DNA from: Geosiphon pyriformis uo1
Taxonomy: Eukaryota > Fungi > Glomeromycota
DNA length: 8,653 nt
Assembly (NCBI GenBank): GCA_016748015.1
Contig: JAAOMT010000462.1
Coordinates: 1 to 8,653 of the forward strand
Reading direction: 5' to 3'
In this document: piece by piece, positions 1-8,653 of the stretch
Position numbering within the stretch: the stretch's first letter is position 1
Layout: each line of letters begins with the position of its first letter
Made by a program: the position numbers and the translations under genes
The notes under the pieces: model-generated
Seen by the model: only the letters and a program-made list of their open reading frames with translations
What the model was told of the DNA's origin: nothing
Databases searched by the model: none

Positions 1-509
1 CTCCTGGGGGACTACTGGTGGATGAAGTGGAATGGGCATGGGTCCTCATGGTGGATATTGGGGAATCTGGGTTGTTACCTAGTGTACTCATGGGGGTCAT
101 GTGGGTATTAGTGAATATAGGGGATATGGGGTATAGAGACATAGGGTCTGGGTAGTACCTATGGTCACTAGTTGTGGTACTGGGTACTAGTGGTTGTGGG
201 TATTAATGGATCTAGTATAGTCAGATAGGGAATAGGATATGGTAGGATGGGATAGGGGATAGTGTATAGTAGTACCTTTTGTACTATATCTGGGTAGAGT
301 AGTACCTGTTGTACTCATGGTTGTGGTAGGTGTGATAGAGTACCTCTTGGTCCTTATGGAGTATAGGTAGAGGGGATAGAGGATATGGGGCATAGGGTTA
401 TGGGTAGATGGTGGAGTACAAAGGGTACTAGAGTAGTGGTCTAGGTAGTCCCAGGTACTAGAGTATTTGGATCTAGGGTTTGGGTATTGGTACTATTACT
501 AATGCCATA

Positions 510-1425
510 ACACCCGGGCGGCAGTTTGTTGGGATGTCTATCAGATCGTGGTGGTGTTGGGGAGGAGGGATAGGTGCTCTACCCATTTACTTGTAGAGTA
601 GATGTTTTAGTAGGCACCACCATATATGGAATAATAATTGGGAGGATGTGCGAAGATCGTTATAGTATATTGTTGGCGTTGGACTGGTATTGGTATAGGT
701 TTCTAATTGGGACAGGTTTATGTGATTGGTTAGGCAGTATTTTGTAGAGCGAGTATTGGTCCAATAGTATCGCCACACCTTTGGGACCATTAGGATATTA
801 TTTCTAGTATATTGGAGTTTTTACCCTTTGTCTTGAAAGCCCCCTTGGTCCCATTGCTTTCTTGAATTACCCTTTGTAGTCTTGATCCCTGTTTGGAATG
901 CATACGACAGTCTTGGGGGATAGAGAGTAGACCTTTTTGTGGGTTTGGGGATAGGCCATAGGGTAGTAATTGATTGTAGGATTGTTTGGTACCCCTACTA
1001 GTTGGGGGGGGGATGCCCTTATTACCCTTTGGGTGCCCCAAATTAGACCTGACTATGGAGGTTTTAACTAGAGGATAGACCCTCATGGGTATATGGTAGT
1101 GGGTATCCATACGGGGTATTGGTTGGGATAGTCTTGATGGGTATCTTTGGTACTACTTTACCCTTTTGTAACCCTATGGGACTACCATTAACTTTGGGGA
1201 CGTCTGGAATTGGACAAAGACAGGGCAAGTGATATCAAGGCCAGTCTTTAGCCCTTGTTTGGTACCCTAGTTGGTTAGTACGCCATGGATGCATTGGATC
1301 TCGTTGGGTAGGGTACGGGGACAGATTACTACTGGGGCCTTCTTACTCTATAGTTCTCTATTGGGTAATCAGTCTACAAGGGCTTTTGATGCCTTTGTAA
1401 GGGATCGGTACTGGAGAGGGTATGG
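510..1425 (+). pseudogene. Possible highly degenerate plastid/cyanobacterial-type SSU (16S) rRNA relic
   Basis: Short matches in the correct order to 16S motifs recalled from memory (see findings). The universal 530-loop and helix-44 motifs are absent, so the matches may be chance. Confidence 0.17.
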
Positions 1426-1597
1426 ATATACCCATACTACTAGGGATAGGATCCCACATTTCTACCACTATTACCAATGGATGGCTTTGTACATACTTGT
1501 AGTGGGAAACCTATCATAAAGCCTGTTGTAACTACCTAATTGGGTAATGTAGTAGTAACAGTAGCTTCTCCAGTTGCATTGGGTACTAGATATATGA
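1013..1597 (+). CDS. Hypothetical 194-aa ORF, open only if TAA/TAG are read as sense (e.g. Gln, translation table 6)
   Basis: ATG directly follows the G9 tract (1004-1012) and the first in-frame TGA is at 1595-1597. Contains an in-frame TAG TAG TAA CAG TAG run (1550-1564). No recognisable homology, and the length is attainable by chance with a single stop codon. Confidence 0.15.
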
Positions 1598-1690
1598 GGT
1601 ATTTGATTTGCTTGTAGATTTTGGCGTATAGAGCCTGATTGGTGATTGGTTGGAGTTATACCTGTTTTGTAGGGAGCTATTGGATGGGTA

Positions 1691-1767
1691 GCCCCCCCCC
1701 CGAATTTCAACGCACACCCTCTACTGACTCGCCCCCCCCCGAACCCCGGGTCGTATAGGTGGGGGGC
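1691..1767. promoter_or_regulatory. GC-rich direct repeat plus stem-loop; candidate replication origin or conserved core
   Basis: G-C10-GAA (1691-1704) and G-C9-GAA (1731-1743) start 40 nt apart. GCCCCCC (1731-1737) can pair with GGGGGGC (1761-1767). Locally CpG-rich in a CpG-poor molecule. The function is inferred. Confidence 0.4.
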
Positions 1768-3173
1768 CCTATTGGGTAATGAGTACAAATAGGTAGTAGA
1801 ATATGGATGTCAAGCATATGGCCCCTTATCCCCTCCTGTTTGACGACTCCCCATGCATACCAATCTATTGCGCCCCCCCCCTTGTAAGACAACAGTCCCC
1901 AATACCCCCCTATTAGGCTTAGCCCTAAGATGTTTGGTCTATGCCCTCCTCGGCTACCACGAGACTACGATGGGCCCCCCTAGATCCAGTACTACATTGC
2001 TTTAGCCACTGCACCTTTGAACGATATGAGGGCTATACCCATGATAGGGTTGGGCTTGGATTGACTACCTCTTTGGCTACTAGCCGATCAAACCCACTCT
2101 ACGCTCTTTAACCTTATTCCTATGGCCCCAGTTTGATCCCTTTATTTGTTGAGATCCCCCCTTTATCGAGCCTATTACTTTTGGATCAATGGATACACGA
2201 CTCGTCTAATGGTATTGGGATACCAAGAAGTGATGACCAAGGTTTGGGCATGTAAGATTTGGTAGTGGGGGTCCCCTTACATCTACATAGATGCCATTCG
2301 TGGTAAATGAGTATCAAAGATCATGGAATCCGTAGGGAGCGCGGTATAAGAGGTATCCTGGTCAAGTCTTTATGCCCTGATATGACCTGTTTTGGGACTA
2401 CTAACTGATGAGTAGGCTTGATTTGATTTGTGGCTTTTGTTTATGTAATTGGTGAGTAAATACTTTGCGGGTATACGGTATGGGTTGTAAAGGTGGTTGG
2501 ATTGGTGGGATGGATCTTCCTGATTATTGTGGATCTCTATTTAGTCAGTTTGTGGTCTACCTATAGCCATATCCCCCTCATTGACTATTACTGACGACTT
2601 GTTCTACAGGATCCGAGTTTGGGCTTTGGTACTTGGTCTAGCCCTCATCATGGGTTAATGATTGCGCTACCATACTCTCTATGATTAAATTGGGGATCTT
2701 GTAGACTTTTTGAGTACTTGGTTTGGTAGCCTATTGGGACTTAGTTGTCCCCTCATGATTTTTAGCCTATGATGGTTTACAATGTAAAGCTTTGTTGATG
2801 ATTGTTAAAGGGTATTTGGTTGGGTTTTGGGTACTTATAAGCATGTTATCCTTGATGGGTACTGTCACCAGAATGCAGTCTAAACCCACACTATCCAACT
2901 CTAAACGAGTATCCATATATCCCTGCTGAGGATTTTTGGTCAGATTTGGAGCTGGAGGTATTTGGTAGCAAAGTAAAGTATAGGGTATGGTAAAGAACCC
3001 TTTATCCACAGGACTTGCTTACACCTTAATTGGTTTGGGATTTGGAACTGGGATTATGGATTTATTGCTACATCGATAGCTTTCAATAGAGTAGCGATAG
3101 GTATGTGACTTGACTTGGATAGATTGGGAATTAATTAGGGACGAATCTTGGCACTGAGTTTGATCCCCTCATA

Positions 3174-4910
3174 CCCCCCCCCCTTACCTTATTCTCCAAA
3201 GCTCCAGCTCTCTGCTTTAAACATACGGCGGCCTTGTTTATACTATCCTAGAGAGATATTTGCTTTATTGGCTCCATTACTTTACACAGGAGGTCGCGGG
3301 GACTTGGTCCTATTTTGCTTGCTTGGTAAGTCCTCCCCCACCTATCCACCAATTCTGACCCTTAGAGAGTTGGTTTTATACTGTTTTATTGGTTGGGTAG
3401 GTAGTATGGGTAAGCCTCATTGATTGTTGTGAGTAGAGGGAGATGAGTACACAACTGCTATATAGGGATAGTTGGTGTGGCTATGATGGTCTACTGTATA
3501 GGCCCCCCCCCCACCCCCCCAGTAACTGGATGTCTATTCTACTTAGAGGATGGGCCTGTACATAGTAGTCCCTTGATGATTGGTATAGGAATAGGGCTTG
3601 AGTATTAAGGTCTTTTATTGGGTAGCACAACACCTTTATTTGGTTTGGGACACGGGTGGAGCGCTGACCTTTTAACTACTTAGACTACCTGCAGACCCTT
3701 TGTACCCTTCTAAAACTACTGGGTTGAGGATGCTAGACAAGTTGTTCATAAGCGCTTACCATTTTAGGGATTCACTCTATGGTACTCCTGTATTAGGGTC
3801 TGGTTAGATTTTTGTTGTTATTAGTGGTGATAGTACTCTATCAGGTTTGATTGATAGGTTATCTTTGTGGTTATTTGGAGTCGCTTATTCCCACTACTCC
3901 CTATTTCACCCCCCCCCACCCCCCAACCACCAACAACCCCCCCCCCTCGGCTTCCTTTAAGAAATGGTATGGGAGTGGGTATTAGCTATATGGTTGTTTT
4001 AGTCGCATATTGCGCACGAGTTGCGTAGCTGTGGAGGTAGATACTGAGGATCCCAGATTGGTTGGATATGGGGGAGTTGGGGAGGATGAGGGGACTATAT
4101 GGTAGACCCGGTCCAATAACTTACCCACCCATTTTGTGGGGTTTGTACTAGAACTGTCCTGGTGGGGAGGACCGTAGCCCATGATTTCAACCTTGCTGGG
4201 GTTGGTAGTACTTGAGTTAGAGTACTAGTTAACTTGTGCCATACCTATTGGTCCCCATGGACTCCTTTACGCGTATCCTTGTTGGTAGTCTTTTGGATCT
4301 ACTACCCATAACTGATGGAGAGTCTGGATAGCGGTAGATTTGATTAGGCAGGGTCTGCTTGACCTTTATGAGTTGCTCAACATGGTGGGTATTTGGGATC
4401 CCCCCCTATACAACCTTGACTGACTAGACCTAGTACTCTTTCGGGACTTGGTGCATGTTAAATAGGGGGAGTCTATTAGGTAGTATTCCAGTGATCCTTT
4501 TACAGGCCAGGGGCCATATACCAGTGCCCATGATACCCCCCCCCCGCCCTTGATTGGTATGGTTTGCTATCCTTACTTGTGGTGACTCATGATTGACTTT
4601 GTTTGTTATCTAATTGGCCCCTAAATTGACTTGGTGTATATTATATGGTAAGTACTCTAGTATGATGGATATTCAGTACACCTACCAGGTATAGGGACGG
4701 CCTGGCATTAATCATAAAGGGGAGTAGCCTAAGAGTTAGTCCTGTTGGAGACTCTCCGGGTATAGTGGTTAAAAGCCCTCCAAACGATACCAAAGTAGTT
4801 TGTGGAGTTGGTTGTGGTAAGGCTGGTTGTAATTGGCATTCTCCTACTCCTATAAAATAGTCACCATATGTTACCATACAACCAATACTACCCCTACCCA
4901 CCCCCCCCCC
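3174..4910 (-). repeat. Series of C9-C10 tracts (G-tracts on the minus strand)
   Basis: C10 at 3174-3183; C10-A-C7 at 3503-3520; C9-A-C6...C10 at 3909-3946; C10 at 4536-4545; C10 at 4901-4910. Further tracts outside this span at 1692-1701, 1732-1740 and 1873-1881. Confidence 0.92.
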
Positions 4911-5065
4911 ATTAAGTACCTATTGGATCCATCCAATTACCCCTTTTGTATATATGGATCCATACCTTACTACATTTTGTAGCCGACAAAGAGTTTGCTG
5001 CAACAACCATACTTGTATGAGTCTATTGCGACTCCTTGTACTACTGGCCTTTTAGTACTGGTCCA

Positions 5066-5878
5066 TCATTTGATTCTTTGTTTAGCCATTTGGTAGCCTT
5101 GATATCTTACCCCCCTTTTTATACCTTATTGACAATACCTGGGACCCCTATAACCTACTTGGTTGGTTTGGGACGGGATCCATATTACCTGGTTTTGACT
5201 GTCAGCAGGGCTCATAAAAGGCTAGATACTGTAACTGTTTACTATTTTATGCCCAGGCTACATGATAGTGATTTTTGTATTGGGACTATTGGTTACCTTA
5301 GGGTAAGATTTTTGCTTTGGTAGCCATACAAGTTTAGTTTGGTCCCTCAGTTGTTGGGGCCTGCTCAAAGTTTAGAGTTTACCGATTGTTTGGTGTGTGG
5401 GCACTAATGGGAGATATGGTAGGAGTATCCCCTATGTGGTTTGAGCAAGTACTTTTAGTCTGCTTTGGGTATGGGGACCTTATTGAGAGGCTTCGAGATA
5501 TTGGTGTCTCTAGAGTTTACAAGCTAACTCATGTGTGGGTATTTGGGATACCTATAAAACAAGGCTTCCCGTAAGCGACCTCCCTTTTATTGATCCCCTC
5601 ACATTGAGGATTGGATGTTACTATAGGGAGTACTTTGTTGGATAGGGCTACCCTTTTTTTTTCTTTACGGGAGGTTGAGTTACCTGTCTACTTTATTAAT
5701 GATATCTGTAGCCTCCTTTGTGGGATTGGGTATTGGGGACATATGGGTATTATGGGGGATAGGGGACCTATTGTAGTGGGTAATAGGGGATATGGGTGAG
5801 AGGGGTAGATTTAGTACTAGGGTATTGAGGGTAGGATTTAGTACCTGTGGTACTAATGGGTATTGGTGGTCTGTACAT
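5066..5878 (-). CDS. Hypothetical 270-aa Q/P/K-rich ORF, open only under TAA/TAG reassignment
   Basis: Runs from ATG at 5878 to TGA at 5068-5066 with no other in-frame TGA. Includes a PPVKKKKG basic patch. TGA is rare on this strand, so significance is weak. Confidence 0.12.
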
Positions 5879-7450
5879 AGGGTACTCATTGTGTGATAGG
5901 GTTGGGGGGATATTGGGGGATTGGGTATGGGATATGGTTGGGTATCTGGGAGGACCTGGGGTCCTAGTGGTGGGTCATGGAGATGGTGGAATATGGGGAT
6001 CTGGTGGAGTGCCTATTGCACTGGGGGTATAGAGGGTAGAATGGGTCAGATTGAGTAGTACCTGGGTACTAGGGGATGGTGGGTAGTATAGAGTACCTCG
6101 GTCCTATTTGTGGGATCTGGTAGACTGGGTCAGATATGATATAGGGTAGTACATATGGTAGAGTGGATCTAATAGAGTACACCTATTGGACTCATGGTAC
6201 TCATGGTGGTATGGTATAATTGGTCATAGGTATCTAAGGGACATATTGGATAGGGTAGGTAGAATAGGGGACTCATGGGTAATAGGGGATATGGGTATAT
6301 AGGGTCTGGTGTAGTAGGTATTTAGGTTATGGGTATGGGTAATAGGGAATATGGTAGTACCTATTGTACAATGGATCCTATGGTAGAGTACCTCTAGTAT
6401 TAGGGTAATAGGGGATAATGGGGTATGATCTGACCTTTGGTACTAGTAGAGGCATTGGTCATAGGGGATATGGGTATGATTGGGATAGGGGATGGAGTAC
6501 CAGGGTCCTATTTGGGGACATCTGGGATGGATAGTAATAGGGTACCTATTGTACTAGGGGGGATATTGGTAGTACCTATTGTACTAATAGGGTATTGGGC
6601 ATATGGGATCTGGTATGGGTATGGGGTAGTATGGGTAATAGGTCTGATGGGTAGTATATGCCAAGGGCCCTATGGGCATAGGGTAGAATAGGGCATAGGG
6701 GGCATATGGGTATCATGGGTAATAGGGGATTGGTGGAGTACCTATTGTAAGATGGGCAGGGGGATCTGGTGGGTAAGAGGTTGTAGTGTAAGATGGGTAA
6801 TGGGGATATTGGATAGGATAGAGGACCTACGGTCATAGGGGGGGATAATTGGTATTAGGTACTCATGGTGTGATAGGTATGGGTATGATGGAGTGCCTAT
6901 TGCACTATAGGGATATGGAATCTAGTGTATGGGGAATCTGGGTATTAGGGGGACTCCTGGGGGACTACTGGTGGATGAAGTGGAATGGGCATGGGTCCTC
7001 ATGGTGGATATTGGGGAATCTGGGTTGTTACCTAGTGTACTCATGGGGGTCATGTGGGTATTAGTGAATATAGGGGATATGGGGTATAGAGACATAGGGT
7101 CTGGGTAGTACCTATGGTCACTAGTTGTGGTACTGGGTACTAGTGGTTGTGGGTATTAATGGATCTAGTATAGTCAGATAGGGAATAGGATATGGTAGGA
7201 TGGGATAGGGGATAGTGTATAGTAGTACCTTTTGTACTATATCTGGGTAGAGTAGTACCTGTTGTACTCATGGTTGTGGTAGGTGTGATAGAGTACCTCT
7301 TGGTCCTTATGGAGTATAGGTAGAGGGGATAGAGGATATGGGGCATAGGGTTATGGGTAGATGGTGGAGTACAAAGGGTACTAGAGTAGTGGTCTAGGTA
7401 GTCCCAGGTACTAGAGTATTTGGATCTAGGGTTTGGGTATTGGTACTATT
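5720..7450 (+). repeat. ~1.7-kb G-rich low-complexity domain of shuffled short motifs (continues as 1-~495); candidate control or constant region
   Basis: Built from GGGTAT, GGGGATA, GTACC and GATCT words, with almost no CpG. Exact internal repeats: TGGGTAATAGGGGATATGGGT at 5777-5797 and 6276-6296; TCATGGGTAATAGGGGAT at 6273-6290 and 6713-6730; TGGAGTGCCTATTGCACT at 6005-6022 and 6889-6906. Boundaries are approximate. Confidence 0.85.
5838..7268. repeat. Dispersed dyad/mini-hairpin family AGTRC-N(4-5)-GYACT
   Basis: Copies at 5838-5856 (TTAGTACC-TGT-GGTACTAA), 6008-6022, 6056-6071, 6356-6370, 6541-6555, 6570-6586, 6892-6906, 270-286 (=7223-7239) and 301-315 (=7254-7268), plus an imperfect one at 153-170. 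Confidence 0.8.
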
Positions 7451-8653
7451 ACTAATGCCATAACACCCGGGCGGCAGTTTGTTGGGATGTCTATCAGATC
7501 GTGGTGGTGTTGGGGAGGAGGGATAGGTGCTCTACCCATTTACTTGTAGAGTAGATGTTTTAGTAGGCACCACCATATATGGAATAATAATTGGGAGGAT
7601 GTGCGAAGATCGTTATAGTATATTGTTGGCGTTGGACTGGTATTGGTATAGGTTTCTAATTGGGACAGGTTTATGTGATTGGTTAGGCAGTATTTTGTAG
7701 AGCGAGTATTGGTCCAATAGTATCGCCACACCTTTGGGACCATTAGGATATTATTTCTAGTATATTGGAGTTTTTACCCTTTGTCTTGAAAGCCCCCTTG
7801 GTCCCATTGCTTTCTTGAATTACCCTTTGTAGTCTTGATCCCTGTTTGGAATGCATACGACAGTCTTGGGGGATAGAGAGTAGACCTTTTTGTGGGTTTG
7901 GGGATAGGCCATAGGGTAGTAATTGATTGTAGGATTGTTTGGTACCCCTACTAGTTGGGGGGGGGATGCCCTTATTACCCTTTGGGTGCCCCAAATTAGA
8001 CCTGACTATGGAGGTTTTAACTAGAGGATAGACCCTCATGGGTATATGGTAGTGGGTATCCATACGGGGTATTGGTTGGGATAGTCTTGATGGGTATCTT
8101 TGGTACTACTTTACCCTTTTGTAACCCTATGGGACTACCATTAACTTTGGGGACGTCTGGAATTGGACAAAGACAGGGCAAGTGATATCAAGGCCAGTCT
8201 TTAGCCCTTGTTTGGTACCCTAGTTGGTTAGTACGCCATGGATGCATTGGATCTCGTTGGGTAGGGTACGGGGACAGATTACTACTGGGGCCTTCTTACT
8301 CTATAGTTCTCTATTGGGTAATCAGTCTACAAGGGCTTTTGATGCCTTTGTAAGGGATCGGTACTGGAGAGGGTATGGATATACCCATACTACTAGGGAT
8401 AGGATCCCACATTTCTACCACTATTACCAATGGATGGCTTTGTACATACTTGTAGTGGGAAACCTATCATAAAGCCTGTTGTAACTACCTAATTGGGTAA
8501 TGTAGTAGTAACAGTAGCTTCTCCAGTTGCATTGGGTACTAGATATATGAGGTATTTGATTTGCTTGTAGATTTTGGCGTATAGAGCCTGATTGGTGATT
8601 GGTTGGAGTTATACCTGTTTTGTAGGGAGCTATTGGATGGGTAGCCCCCCCCC
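6954..8653. repeat. Terminal direct repeat, copy 2 (redundant with 1-1700)
   Basis: Constant 6953-nt offset. The window ends inside the poly-C tract equivalent to 1692-1701. Confidence 0.97.

Larger units (their letters stand above)
1..1700. repeat. Terminal direct repeat, copy 1 (circular overlap or tandem unit)
   Basis: The start CTCCTGGGGGACTAC recurs at 6954. The ORFs at 187, 587, 790 and 1271 recur with identical translations at +6953. No differences seen by eye. Confidence 0.97.
1..6953. other. One unit of a probable 6,953-bp circular, essentially non-coding DNA element (organellar minicircle/chromosome-like; identity unresolved)
   Basis: Terminal redundancy, with the sequence style continuing seamlessly across the 6953/1 junction. 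No standard-code ORF over 106 aa. Persistent G+T strand bias. The organellar assignment is inference only. Confidence 0.65.

Noticed and set aside
587-1110. Two minus-strand ORFs joined by a TAATG stop-start overlap at 788-792
   Set aside because: This resembles translational coupling, but it is a single instance, both products lack features, and no ribosome-binding site is evident.
1691-1767. CRESS-virus rolling-circle origin
   Set aside because: No TAGTATTAC-like nonamer sits in the loop, and I saw no HUH or Walker A Rep motifs in the frames read.
1594-2075. Second faint 16S-like series (e.g. GTCAAGCATATGGCCCCTTAT near 1809, CCACGAGACTACG near 1957)
   Set aside because: It needs many gaps and is interrupted by poly-C tracts. 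It also shows how easily such matches arise, which tempers the 510-1425 lead.
3280-3320. YTGGRGDLVLF resembling the cox1 GGGDLVLF segment
   Set aside because: The invariant downstream QHLFWFFGHPEVY is absent, and the match is too short to call as a gene module.
4198-4210. GGGGTTGGTAGTA resembling kinetoplast minicircle CSB-3 (GGGGTTGGTGTA)
   Set aside because: It needs an insertion, no CSB-1 or CSB-2 lies upstream, and such a match is expected in G/T-rich DNA.
187-7346. Standard-code ORFs of 61-106 aa in the supplied track as real genes
   Set aside because: They are short, scattered over both strands, and their composition mirrors base skew (G/W/V/M on +, P/T/H/Y on -). None has a recognisable motif.
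5720-7450. CRISPR array or pan-edited kinetoplastid cryptogene
   Set aside because: Repeats are short and irregularly spaced without a repeat-spacer period. The region is T-rich, whereas pre-edited cryptogenes are purine-rich and T-poor.
1-8653. LTR retroelement with 1.7-kb LTRs
   Set aside because: The repeats run to the window edges without TG...CA ends, and no gag/pol motifs were seen. Circular overlap is simpler.

Overview
The window is about 1.24 copies of a 6,953-bp unit: 1-1700 recurs at 6954-8653, most simply a small circular (or tandem) DNA read past its junction. It has no credible gene in the standard code (longest ORF 106 aa, no recognisable motif), so it does not look like a phage, plasmid or CRESS virus as annotated. 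Its non-coding architecture is distinctive. It has a G+T-rich + strand and a ~1.7-kb very G-rich, CpG-poor low-complexity domain carrying a dispersed AGTRC-N5-GYACT dyad. It also has a GC-rich repeat/stem-loop island at ~1690-1910 and nine C9-C10 tracts that run against the strand skew. My leading inference, unproven, is one chromosome of a multipartite organellar genome (diplonemid-type mitochondrial circle or dinoflagellate-type plastid minicircle). A stop-codon-reassigned element is the alternative. A faint collinear resemblance to a plastid/cyanobacterial-type 16S rRNA at ~510-1420 is flagged as a low-confidence lead.
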